Assembly: GCF_006345805.1 (NCBI RefSeq)
Contig: NW_021836146.1
Location: 222,607 to 286,606, forward strand
Origin: Octopus sinensis
Taxonomy: Eukaryota
DNA length: 64,000 nt
Direction: 5' to 3'
This document shows positions 49,042 to 62,160 of this stretch, piece by piece. Under the pieces are notes generated by a model. It ran no database searches. It saw only the letters and a list, made by a program, of their open reading frames with translations, and was not told where the DNA came from. The first letter of the stretch is position 1. Every line of letters begins with the position of its first letter. The position numbers and the translations under genes are program-made.

Positions 49042-50784
49042 CTTAGAGCATAGAGTGTCGAAAGGAAATATTGCAAGGCATTCTATAAAATGCTCGACCG
49101 GTTTTGCTACCCCCCGTCTTTTTATCGGTCATTTATCAACAACGTAGTCAAAATGGCATACCAAAATCAAGGCAGCTCCAAGGTTTACAAGATGTTTCAT
49201 TTCTGAACAGATGTTGGCCTCATACAAAGTTCAAGTGCAGGTCACACTAAAGTGCCATTCACATATCTGAGTCAGAGTAACTTAGATATGAAAAAAACAC
49301 ATTACCGCCCGCATCCTAAATAAGCCATCTGCTTAACTGGCAAATCTTTACTTACAATGACTCGGACACTGGAGCTCTCCTTCCTCCTGCTACTTATTCT
49401 ACTGTTACTATAATGCTTCTACTTCTTTCAATTTGATAGTTGCTTCTGAGTCTACTGAGTCTTTCTCTGCCAAAATCGTGTACTAAATCTCTATGTGTAA
49501 GACCAGCAGTAGGGTTATCTCTCATTTTCTTTTCTCTTTTTTCCCCTCCATACACACAAATCTGCTGAAATTCAAACTCAGTATAAGCTGTATCGACTCT
49601 ATCACTCTGGAAGGACAGGTAAATACCATGAACCGTTCCCGTCTCACCTGGATTAAGACATTAAAATAAAGCTAATTTTTATAGCCCACAAACAGTCGTT
49701 TGAATTAGTATAATAGAACAATAAAAATTCTTATTGAACTCATCGAATTAAAGGTAATGTCAGCAACATCATTTGAACTCAAAAACTAGATAGGGGAGAA
49801 GAAGGAAGAAAATTGAATACTCTAGTATATTCAGTCTAATGCTCAACGATTTCAACCAAACTCACAAACATAGCAATAATCATGAAAGTTAATGTTTTTC
49901 TTTTAGTTTTACTTTACTGGATAGGTAACTTAAAAAGATTTAACCAAAAACCAAACGGAGCTTTTTCTATAGAATATTTAAAACCACATGCCTCACACAA
50001 ATTCTATTCGCGTCTTAATTAGACATAATACTTTCTATCCAAGCTATCCTCAAAGCTACCGTAATAGTAACAACAATAGTATCGATATTTTTAGCAGTGT
50101 AGTTTTAAAGTTATGGGATGGGAAATTCCTAAAGGCATTAGAAAAGCCTAAATGAAGCTTATCCCTATTCAATATTCGAAACCACACGGATTCTATTTTC
50201 GTCTTATTCAGATATAAAGTCAGATGCAAATAGAGTTAAGCAAACTTGCTCGGAGACACAATACCGTTGTTTCCAGTAAGATTCAAGCCTATGACTGAGT
50301 TAGAAGCTATTTGATATATAATCTATTCATCCATTGAATATCCCAATAACAAAGTTTTCTGTTTCTAAGAACAAGGCTAGAATTGTACGAAATTATATGA
50401 GAAAGAACTTATTACCAGATGAGTGTATTGCAGGTAATTACCAGTGTTTAATTAGTTTCTTGATCTCAGAAAAGTGAAAATCAAAAAAAGAATAAGAAAA
50501 AAGAAAATGGCTGATATCAGAGACAACTGGAAGTCAGAAATATGTCTATCGAAGTAGATACTGAAATCCTGGAGGCCATTGCTCGGCGATTAGCAGTTAA
50601 TCCTAAAACAGTAACGATGATGTTAATTTCATATATTGAGATGTAATTTCAGATAAACTGAAATGGAAAGTTGTTATGTTCAAGCATGAAACCTCCGAGG
50701 CAGTTGGACTGAAGTTGTATTTTCAAGTGGTCTTTAGTTATCTGATCACACGCATGCACACATACGTATACACATATACGTATG

Positions 50785-51178
50785 AGGCGCAGGAGTGGCT
50801 AACCAGCCACATGGTTTTGGGTACAGTCCCACTGCGTGGCATCTTGGGCAAGTGTCTTCTACTATAGCCCCGGGCCGACCAATGCCTTGTGAGTGGATTT
50901 GGTAGACGGAAACTGAAAGAAGCCTGTCGTATATATGTATATATATATATATATGTGTGTGTATGTGTTTGTGTGTCTGTGTTTGTCCCCCTAGCATTGC
51001 TTGACAACCGATGCTGGTGTGTTTACGTCCCCGTCACTTAGCGGTTCGGCAAAAGAGACCGATAGAATAAGTACTGGGCTTACAAAGAATAAGTCCTGGG
51101 GTCGATTTGCTCGACTAAAAGGCGGTGCTCCAGCATGGCCGCAGTCAAATGACTGAAACAAGTAAAAGAATAAAGAGA
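50785..51178 (+). mobile_element. SINE family A, full length
   Basis: Near-consensus. Confidence 0.9.
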
Positions 51179-52333
51179 GTAATATGGATATGTGTTTGTA
51201 CATATATATATATCGAGAGAGAAAGAGAGAGATATAGGGGGGAGAGAGAGGGCAAGACAGAGAGAGATATACTCTAAAAATGTAAGTATACCACCTTTCT
51301 TAGTATATGTCTTCTAAATCAGTTTCAGAAGACTAAACACTCTCGATTCCACTGTCAAATCATAAAACAGCTATTTTCACATTTACTCAATATTCGAGAA
51401 AAAGTGTTCGGTAAAAAAAAAAAATCTCTAAATACTATGAAAGAACCGATGCTTAGTTTTGATTTCGTTGCTTCAATAGACGAGAGATAAATTCTGTCCT
51501 AGGTAGCATGTCTTTATTCGTACTGAATTTTAGTATTGTTCGTGAATTGTCGAAATGTACAATGAAATGTTGAAGTAAACGGTTTATGAGTCTTCTTTCA
51601 CTGCTTAAATCCGGGCCAGCACTGACAGCTTTGTTAAGGAGCAAGACATCTCTTTTCTTTTTTTAATGGCCTCACCAGAAGCCCAAAGCGTTAAAGTTTC
51701 ATCCCTTCTCGGCAAAGAAACCTATCGATATTTTGTGCCTCATAAATCGTGAAATGGTTTTTGCCACCTTCTACTTTTATCTTTAGTATGTTGCCGCCGA
51801 GTAGCCTTAGATCAGCTCATATCAGACAGTCCTATGATCAAAGACATTACAACCCAATCAAGCCCAACAGAACATTGATTAATATCTCATTTTTTTTTTT
51901 CTTTTACAGGTATACTTTATCTAGGTCTATATTTTTGAAAGTGCTCTTTCAGCCTACTTCTTCGCAGATCGAACAACCACGGGGAAAACTCCCTCGTTGG
52001 ATCTCTACTTTTTCTATGGTAAAAATAGATGCTACCTAAGCTTGTTTTGAACTCTTACCCAATAAATATAGCGTTAAATCCTTCCACGAAATTTAATTCC
52101 ACACTCTATATTTATCAAGTTAATATACGAATGATGTTAATAACTGACTCACTTCCAAGCACATGCAAACACGTTCGCACGAACACACGCGTTGTCATAC
52201 GAACTTTGATGGAAAATGAAAACTAAAATGGAATAAGAATTTACAAATCGTTATTCTAGGCCAACCATATGTATACATAGGCATAAATTACCCAGTAGCT
52301 TATCCATTTATTACTGTACTCTACAACCACTAC

Positions 52334-52381
<48 letters not shown>

Positions 52382-52491
52382 AAAGTATATATATATAATA
52401 ATAATAATAATAAATATTAGGGAATAAATCCAAACTTACAGGGAAAAATCAGATTTAGGATTGAATCCAATTTTATAGTAAAATATAATAT

Positions 52492-52733
52492 TATATTAAA
52501 TTATAGACAAAACCACTATTAGGCAAATCAAACAATGAAAAACTTAAGCCAATACATAAGATTATTTAATTTATATTATTTAAATATATAACAAAATTAT
52601 TAATTAATTAATTATATTTTTTTAATAATTTTGTTATATATTTAAATAATATAAATTAAATAATCTTATGTATTGGCTTAAGTTTTTCATTGTTTGATTT
52701 GCCTAATAGTGGTTTTGTCTCTAATTTAATATA
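52492..52733. repeat. Near-perfect AT-rich palindrome, ~110-bp arms with a 20-nt spacer, between (TA)n tracts
   Basis: 52492-52602 is the reverse complement of 52623-52733. Confidence 0.95.
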
Positions 52734-52787
<54 letters not shown>

Positions 52788-53546
52788 TATATATGCAAAA
52801 ACATAATAGAGAATATATGATCTTTAGGTCGTTTTGTGTACATTAATTAAGAAGGTCAAGACGATGCTGAAGTTCTGCCTGCAGGGTATAATGATTAATA
52901 TCTCCCATATAATCTCTGTATATCTAATATTTTGTTGATCTTGCTGTATTCGTGACATCTCGGTGGGTGGCTTCAAAATATGCATACAGTCAAGCCTTGT
53001 CTAAATTTTGCTGATTTGCTTACAAATTTTCCATATTATTCTCCCCCCCCCACACACTATCTCTCTCACTCTTTGAGTGTGTGTATGTATTTGTGGACAT
53101 GCGCGCGTGCGTGCGTGCAAATATATGTTTGAAATTATAAAAGAGAGGAAAAGGATATTTGCCACAGACTTTATGATGCCACTTAAATGTGCAATCTACC
53201 AGGTTATTTACAATTTAGCGTGTTGTCTACCTCGCCATTTGACTTTAGCATGCAGTCTAACCCTAACTCCAGCCCTAAATCCTAGTCCTGCCCCTAACCC
53301 AGACCAGACCATTTCATAACGGATACTGTAGGAGACCGAACGCTAAAGAAGCACCGAGTTTATATTTTGCGAAGAGAGCTTAATCGTGTAATTCTGTATC
53401 AAAGAAGGAAAGCCGCAATTTACACACGCACGCACTGCTATCTCGCATGAAAAGTTCTTTTGTGGCCTCTGATGGCGGGTAGAGCATCAGTCATTTTTAC
53501 TGCTGTCCTGCTTCTAGAAACGAATGGATATACATGTATTCCAATA

Positions 53547-53780
53547 TATTTTCTTTACTACCCACAAGGGGCTAAACATAGAGGGGACAAACAAGGACAG
53601 ACAAAGGGATTAAGTCGATTACATCGACCCCAGTGCGAAACTGGTACTTTATTTATCGACCCCGAAAGGATGAAAGACAAAGTCAACCTCGGCGGAATTC
53701 GAACTCAGAACGTAACGACAGACGAAATACCGCTAAGCATTTCGCCCTGCGCCCTAACGTTTCTGCCAGTTCGCCGCCTT
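53547..53780 (-). mobile_element. SINE family B, full length with 12-bp TSD
   Basis: TSD TATTCCAATATA at 53537 and 53780. Confidence 0.9.
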
Positions 53781-54277
53781 ATTCCAATATACATGACGTC
53801 TCTATTTTAGAACGTCCATTCGTTTCAGAATTAAAACGCATTCCCCACCCTGCGTTAGACAATCATGACCATAGCTGACAGGTAAGTGTCACTATGCCCA
53901 TGCAAGGGTTTTAAGACGAGTGCATCTTATACAACACCAAAGCGACTTCCGCTAGCAAAACCAAGAAGCCCAGAGACAAGCAAGATGCAGGATATCCGGC
54001 TGAATAGAGCAGGGTTTTTAAAGGATGCCTTAGCGAAGACCGGGGATTCCTCATTCCCAGTGAACTTATAGCACTCTCAGACACCAACCCGAGAATTTCT
54101 ATGTTCCGTCGATCATATACTTGTTAATTCATAGCTGGGACCCAGACAGGTGCTAGTACTCCGGGTCAGAACAATTGTGGCAAAGAGGTGGTTCCACACT
54201 CTTCAAACCCTGGAAGTTCTGAACCAGACCCCCTCCACTGGACGCAGTTTAAATTCATATCCAGGACATACATACAT

Positions 54278-54321
<44 letters not shown>

Positions 54322-55000
54322 CCACACACACACTGAGAAATAGACACACTAAATACGTATTGAAATTATAATGCAATCCTTATATATGTTGTAAGAATGT
54401 CGATCGAATTCTATCCATACAATAGTCATAACTTTAACTATTTCCTGTAAATTAATTTGGGGACTTGAGCAAAAGGTCAAATTAAGAAAAGGTAGAAAGA
54501 ATAGGAAAACAAAAAGAAGGAAAGAAACGACAAAAAGAAAGACAGAAAGAAAGAACCTCAAAACAGCTATTCAACAGATGATTAATGGCTACAGTCATCA
54601 CTATTATTTTTTTCCTGATAGTTGTCTTAATTGTGTTGCTTGATCAATATAATCCTCATTTTCTATAAAATTATTTTACATAAAATCTTTATTTAAACCA
54701 AAAACAGAAATATGGATTTTGACCATAATTAAACATTAAGTCCTAACTATTCTCTATCCAATGCAAAGAACCTATTAAGTGCCGTTCATTATCTTTTTAT
54801 TGGTACACTTTAATTGCACGCGCACCTGCCAACACCACCCAGCCCCGCTTCATGCACAAACGTATGTGCGAACGTGTATGTGTTGAGAATGACCCAAAAG
54901 TCATAAGTATGTGATTTTATTGTTAATTTTATATTCATGAAAATTGCATCTAAATTATAATGAAAAATTAATCCTTCAATGATTCATTTAATCAGAGAGA

Positions 55001-55041
<41 letters not shown>

Positions 55042-55499
55042 GGGGAGATACAAAGAGGAGAAAGAAAGACAGACAGGCAGGTAGACAAACAGAGATTGTG
55101 TGAGTGAGAGTGAATAAATCTATTTACAAAATACCACTTCATGTCAGATTAATTTTCTCTAGACTGAACCTGTACCTACTTCTTAATTAGTTAAACCAAA
55201 ACAAATGAACGAACCTTCTTAATAAAGGACACATCGCATCTCATGAGTTGATGTGGTCAGAGAGCAACATATCCCTCGGCTAATAACGTTCTTAACAGTT
55301 GTTGAAAAAACACAATTAATTAAAAAATTGTATTAAATCTGTCAAGTATTATCTAATATTTTCTCTTTTTGAGCTCCAAATTGAAAAAACAGCAGGCTTT
55401 ATATATATGTTTTCTTCCTCGATCCTTCTCTAATTCCCTTTTTCTCCCCTTCACTGTTTTCTATCTATCTGCCACTCTCTCTCCTATCTTTCTCTTTTT

Positions 55500-55905
55500 C
55501 TCTCTCTCTCTCGTTGCTCACACATGATCATCGTCCATCTTTCTTTTCCTTATGTGATTATCTTTCTTTTCCTCACGTGATCATCAGGCTTTTCCTGTAT
55601 GGACTGGCTGTTTTCTCTCTTTCTCTTTTTCTCTCTCTCTCGTTGCTCACACATGATCATCGTCCATCTTTCTTTTATTATGTGATTATCTTTCTTTTCC
55701 TCACGTGATCATCAGGCTTTTCCTGTATGGACGTTCAAAGGACTGGATGTTTTCTCTCTCTTTCTCTTTTTCTCTCTCTCTCGTTGCTCACACATGATCA
55801 TCGTCTATCTTTCTTTTCCTTATGTGATTATCTTTCTTTTCCTCACGTGATCATCAGGCTTTTCCTGCATGGACGTTCAAAGGACTGGATGTTTTCTCTC
55901 TTTTC
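55500..55905. repeat. Three-copy tandem repeat (periods 129 and 141 bp)
   Basis: CGTTGCTCACACATGATCATCG at 55512, 55641 and 55782. Confidence 0.9.
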
Positions 55906-56277
55906 TATCTTTTCTCTTTTCAAAGAAAATATTTCTCCCCGAGTTCACTATTTCCCTCTCGTTCTGGTCTAACAACCCTCCATGTTTGTTTTCGTTCGGT
56001 TTCCGTGTATGTCTCCACTGATCTGTTTTTGTTCTCAACATTGACCCTCCATAGATCCTAAATTTTATTTTAGAATTTATGGGAGCAACTGTCTTTGAAG
56101 ACTCATATTGTCGCTGAATGTTCGATATGGGGAGTAGATAACCGACAACTGATGAAGGGCCGTTCTCTGTTTACTTGTCCTGTTTTCCAATTTTTCTTTC
56201 GTTGTTTGCGTATTTGACTCGTTTTGTTTTTGTATTTCATGTTGTTTACAAAATTAGTGACTTCCTGTACCCATATA

Positions 56278-56315
<38 letters not shown>

Positions 56316-56334
56316 TATATATTATTCTTTATTC

Positions 56335-56700
56335 CTTTACTTGTTTCAGTCATTTGCAGCACCGCCTTGAAGGGTTTTAGTCGAACAAATCAACCTCAGG
56401 ACTTATTTCTTAAGCCTAGTACTTATTCTATCGGCCTGTTTTGCTGAACCGCTATTTTACGGGGATGTAAACACACCAACGCTGGTTGTGAAGTGATGAT
56501 GGTGGGGAAACAAACACAGACATAAGGACATACACATAGATACACACACACACACACACACACACAAATATACATATACGACGGGCTTCTTCCAGCTTTC
56601 GTCCACCAAATTCACTCACAAGGATTTGGTCGGCCGGAGGCTATAGTAGAAGACACTTGTCCAAGGTGTCACGCCGTGGGATTGAACTCAGAACCATGTG
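56335..56700 (-). mobile_element. SINE family A, followed by a GC-rich MITE-like piece (about 56711-56842)
   Basis: SINE homology; the adjacent element ends in GCCAGCCCTG (hAT-like CAGGG terminus). Confidence 0.75.
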
Positions 56701-56841
56701 ATTAAGAAGCAGGCTGAACTTCGGCGTGTACGCGCTGACGGTCGTAGAAATTTCCTTCTGTTTGTCAAGCCCTCCTTAGCGCCCCTCTGCACATGGCGCC
56801 CTGGGCTACTGCCCGGGTTGCCGGTACCTTGAGCCAGCCCT

Positions 56842-56883
<42 letters not shown>

Positions 56884-57454
56884 CCAATCACACACTCTCA
56901 CACACACATATATATATAAAGACATTCGCACGTGTGTGTGCAAACGAAAGATAACATCATTCAACGTTTCACAAAGTTTATATTTATTTGTATTAAGAGT
57001 TGACACAATCTTGTCATTCAGAGTGAGAAAAACCGTCCTGTGATTTGAGTTTACACACACACACACTTCTACATGTACGTCCAATTACACCTACATACAC
57101 AGTAATGAGGGGTGAACACACGCAGGAAATATGATTTCGATGACAAACTATTCTAAAATACCCAATGACTAATGAAATTAATTACTTTTAATGATCTATA
57201 AATGACATGAGAGGAATTTTTAATTAAAGAGAAGGAAGGAAAGAAAGAAGGAAAGGAAGAAAGAAAGGGGTATGAGATTATTGGGGTTTGAGAGATAAGC
57301 TATACATATAATACGTATAATAAACAGAGAGACCTACGTAGAATGAAGGAAAAATGACAGAAATTGAAGAAGCGGAATGAGAGAAAGAAATGGAAGAAAG
57401 AAGAAAACAGAAAACGAATTATAACAAGTAGATAGATAGATAGATAGACAGACA

Positions 57455-58190
57455 GATAACTTTCTTGATTGGCCACACAGGGCTGAACACAGAGGGGAAA
57501 AATACAAATGTAGAGCTTTTTTTTTCGAAAATGAAAAAGAAAAAGGAAAAAAAAGAGAAAAATGTAAAATTTCAATCAAAAGGGGTCGCGGAAAACAAAG
57601 GCAATCAAAAGGGATCGTGTATCACAGAAGAAAATTTTTTAAATGTAAGAAACAAGATTAGGTTTATCTGTGGAAAGAAAAGCCTACGGAAAAGACCACG
57701 GTAACCTCAGGCAGGGAGGGAATAAAACATGAAGGCAAAGTGCTCTCTCTCTCCTCTCTCTCTTCGATTTACAGGATCATGCTCAAAGTGGTTTCGTCAC
57801 TCGCACGCTCCATCTTCACCCACCTTTTTATGAAACTTTCACGAGGCAAACCTGCCTCTCCATCTCACCCTTTCAAGTGGTACTTGAAAAAGTTGATGAG
57901 CCATAGCCGAAAGGTAAGTGTTTTTCTCTATCCTTTCGCTCGAGTCCACTACACACATTCTTTCACCATGACCACCAGTACGATGAAGACTGCTTTGCCT
58001 TCCCGGTTGAGGGAAGGTGGCGGAGCAATTGTCACGATAGACTCGGCCGACAGACGGACTCGTCCCACACGTGTCAACAGCCGTTCGGCATAAGCCCACA
58101 GGCCCGAAATGGATGGACACTGCACGAGTGCGTGCAGAACAGTTTCGTCGCTCTAACCGCATCTCGAGCAAGTCGGTCCGGTGTAGACAG
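57455..58190 (-). mobile_element. L1/Tx1-like LINE, 3' fragment (zinc-knuckle C-terminus plus 3' UTR)
   Basis: PTCSRCG*SDETVLHALVQCPSISGLWAYAERLL..KAVFIVLVVMVKECV*WTRAKG contains a C-x2-C..H-x4-C knuckle. Confidence 0.8.
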
Positions 58191-58417
58191 ATAGATGGGT
58201 TGATAGATAGATAGATAAGATAGATAGATAAGATAGATAGATAAGATAGATAGATTAGATAGATAGATTAGATAGATAGATAAGATATAGATAAATATAG
58301 ATAGAGATAGATAGATTAGATATAGATTAGATAATAGATAAGATAGATAGATAAGATAGATAGATTAGATAGATAGATAAATAGATGATAAGATAGATAG
58401 ATAAGATAGATAAGATC

Positions 58418-58452
<35 letters not shown>

Positions 58453-58515
58453 GATAGATAGATTAGATAGATATAGATAGATAGATAAGATAGATAGATA
58501 GATAGATAGATAGAG

Positions 58516-58576
<61 letters not shown>

Positions 58577-58620
58577 GGATGGATGGATGGAAGATAGATA
58601 GATAGATAGATAGATAGATA
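58190..58620. repeat. (AGAT)n microsatellite array
   Basis: Directly visible. Confidence 0.95.
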
Positions 58621-58621
58621 T

Positions 58622-59290
58622 GTTTCTTTATTAGCCACACAGGGCTGCACACAGATAGAACAAATTACAAGGTAGAGCTTTTCTTTTGAAGGTTTAAAAA
58701 AAAAAAAAATACTAATAATAATAATAAATAAAAAATAAAATAAATAAAAAAGGGGGGGTCGGTCAAAAGGGATCGTAAAAGAGAGAAAGAGGATAAAAAA
58801 AAGGGGAGAGAAAAAAAATTGATCAATAGGGATCGTTATCACAGAAATGTCAATATGAGTGTAAAGGGGAGGACAGGTGAGTTTACCCGTGGAAAGAAAA
58901 TCCTACGGAAAAGACCAGGTAACCTCGGTCAATAAAGTCACATGTTATATTTCTTTTTTTTTTTTGCAAATAAGCAACTCTCTGTATTAATTTTACGGTT
59001 CATAGAATCATAGTCAAGGTGGCTTCGTCATTCATACGTGCCATCCTTGCTCATTTCACCCATCTTTTTTTAAAACATTCACTAGACAAAACTTGCCTCT
59101 CTACTCTCACTTTTTTCTTCAAGTGATACTTGAAGAAGTGATGAGAGATTGACCAGAGAGGAAAGTGTTTGTCTCTAATCCTTTCAGACGCGTCCACCAG
59201 ATACTTCTTTCGCCATAGCCACAAGTTGATAAAAATAGCTCTTCCTTCCCGTTTGAAGGAAGGAGGCGTGACGAATTAAGACAGACAACA
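58622..59290 (-). mobile_element. L1/Tx1-like LINE, second 3' fragment
   Basis: Homologous to 57455-58000 (IWWTRLKGLETNTFLSGQSLI) with the same 3' UTR. Confidence 0.8.
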
Positions 59291-61061
59291 TATAGTAGAT
59301 AGATAGATAGATAGATAGATGGACAGATGGATGATAGACAATAGATAATAGATGGAGAGAGATAGAGAGAGGAAAAGAAAGAGATTGATACCGGGAAAAC
59401 TGTAGGCGACACACAGACATACAACTGATAGACGAGTGGAATTGTACTTCAGCTATGTTGTCTTGGTTGATCAAGTACATCATTTGGATGTAATAGCAGT
59501 TAGAACTGGGTGCTTAATCAAGAACGCATTGAACGAAAATCATCCTTATTAGTAGAGCCGCATTTAAAATCAACTGTTCCTTAAGCACAGACAGATTGTA
59601 GTTCATACTCGATCCTTCTATTGCGCAGCTGATAAGACATTACGATATAATTGCTAAATGGGAGATAATAGATAAATAATACAATTTGCTCTGGAACTTG
59701 TTCTGCAACCCTATTAGAAATAATTCTTGTATTTTATACTAAATGTAATATTATAAGTAGTACAAGCAAATTACTTACTGTAGCTGTAACCCTAACGAAG
59801 ATAAAATGCAAATTTTCAAAAGCCTTTTTACTCATTTATTTGAAATAATAGTTATAAATTAAATTTTTTTTTTTAAATATTGAAAACGATTCTTCCATTG
59901 TACGAAACATTGGCTTCTAACTTCGATGATATTTCGACACCATAGATTAAAAGATGTTGTCTTCTAATAATATTATTTATGCTTAAAAAACTTTTATTTC
60001 TTTAATTGTAATAACTTGGTCATTCGTCAAGACCTAATCTAAAATTTGCTCCAGCAGAGACGAGGCATCCAATCCTGTTGTCCAGTTGGGAAATGTTGAA
60101 CCTATTTCGACTAAGGCTAGACTAACTTGCATCTCTATCTTCTATTGAACGAATTTTCACCGAATTTATGCTTAAAATATTTATCCCTTCATTCCGTTAA
60201 TATAAAACTGTGGTTCTTAGTCTGGGCAGCGGTTCTTAATAAGAGAGAAACAAACTAGGCACAGCTAACAAATTTTCGACAGTAATACGGCAAAACTTAT
60301 AACGATTGCACAACATAAAATAACATTTAGCATACTATTTTTTAACCAAGATACTAGAAATAGTAAGATAATCTTAACCTACAGTCTTTAGAATGGAAGG
60401 GCACATTTGGTGCAGTACAATATATCTTTTGTCTGGGAGAAACGGGATTTTAATGGCTAGAACGTTTTTATAGTCTTCTGGATTACAGCTGACCGGGAGT
60501 AGCAATAAAACCTACTTTTTGACGACATGTAATAGATCTTACTATTTTTTATAATCTTACGAGGAAAGAATATCGTCCAAAAAATTGTTTGGCGGCTCTG
60601 GGGTCAAAGGACTAAGGAGATTATAAATAGAATAATCTTTATAAGAAATTACGATAATCAGACTATAGAATATAGAAGGAGAGTGTGGGAAACATGAACG
60701 AAACTTTGAACGCAACAGAGCAGATAAGAGAATAGGAGAGAGGATGAGAGGGGAGTAGGGGAGAGAGAGAAGTAGAGAGAGAGAGAGAGAGGTTGACTGC
60801 ATTAAATGTTGCAGCCTGTCAAAAAACATCATCACCAAGAGATAAGATGAAACTAACAGGCTTTGGTCCTTGATATTTTCGTGTCAGATGATGGATAAAG
60901 AGTGGCTGGTCTCAAAGACAACACTATTGCTTTCACCAAAGAACATAGAACAATAAGCCACAACATTGTTACATAGTGTAGAGAAACTACAGGTAGAACT
61001 GGCTCTCACGAAACCATATTGATGGCCATTAAGACAGAGATACAAACATGTTATAAAATAT

Positions 61062-61478
61062 AAGGCGGCGAGCTGGCAGAAACGTTAGCACGCCGGGCGA
61101 AATGCTTAGCAGTATTTCGTCTGCCGCTACGTTCTGAGTTCAAATTCCGCCAAGGTCGAATTTGCCTTTCATCCTTTCGGGGTCGATTAAATAAGTACCA
61201 GTTACGCACTGGGGTCGATATAATCGACTTAATCCGCTTGTCTGTCTTGTTTGTCCCCCCTCTATGTTTAGCCCCTTGTGGGCAATAAAGAAATAGGTAT
61301 TTCGTCTGCCGCTACTTTCCGAGTTCAAATTCCGCCGAGGTCGACTTTGCCTTTCATCCTTTCGGGGTCGATTAAATAAGTACCAGTTACGCACTGAGGT
61401 CGATATAATCGACTAATCCGTTTGTCTGTCCTTGTTTGTCTCCTCTGTGTATAGTCCCTTGTGGGCAGTAAAGAAATA
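61062..61478 (+). mobile_element. SINE family B, tandem dimer with a ~21-bp TSD
   Basis: Junction at 61296/61297; ACAAACATGTTAT(A/G)AAATATA on both flanks. Confidence 0.9.
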
Positions 61479-62084
61479 ACAAACATGTTATGAAATATAA
61501 TTTAAATTTAAAGTTGTAAAAGCTATGTACACTTAAGCGTGTAAAATAATTCTCAGGGTCTAACAATTTTCTAGCATTGTTAAGATAAGAATCAACAAGT
61601 AATACCACGAAATAATTAAGTTTTAGAAATGTATTCGATAAACTCAATTGCCGTGAGGTGCGAAGAATCTAATGCTTCAGGTGAAGAATCTTATGTTTCA
61701 AGCAAAAGAACTCTTCGACAAATTTCCCTACGGACTAATTATTGCCAAAGTAGACTATAATCCGTTTTCCTCGTTCCCGGATTGTACCTTGTTAATTTAG
61801 AAACGAGTAATTTGATATAATTTCTGATGGTAGTTGAAGCAACAAATCAAGAACAGAATTAAATGCCGTGGTTTTATGTGCAAGATGGAATTTAACTGGT
61901 GTGGAAAAGGAGAGCAGGGTGGGTGGGTTTGGAATTAATAAAATAAACAAAACAAAACAAGAAAACAGAAAAATCATTTATTAGTTAAAAGATAGAATGA
62001 ATTTAATTGGATCAATTTAATCTCGAGATTAGTCAGACAGACTGTTTTCAAGTACTCGTGTTTGTTTGTATTTGTATTTTTGTT

Positions 62085-62160
<76 letters not shown>

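Noticed and set aside
53256-53300. CTAACCCTAAC, identical to the vertebrate telomerase RNA template
   Set aside because: It lies in a run of degenerate CCCTAA-like units typical of small transposon interiors; no pseudoknot or H/ACA context seen.
53860-53881. ATG ACC ATA GCT GAC AG/GTAAGT, a possible first coding exon; also candidate exon about 63288-63343 (RKRAAHMTLFRVSETDVR)
   Set aside because: Good splice signals, but too short and unlinked to support a gene call without RNA data.
54120-54270. Segment that looks like a common octopus interspersed repeat
   Set aside because: Only one copy in the window and no structural hallmark, so it cannot be supported from the sequence alone.
55500-55905. 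Regularly spaced repeats (here, the 362-nt unit and SINE-B multimers) as a possible CRISPR array
   Set aside because: Eukaryotic context, long units, no unique spacers and no cas genes.
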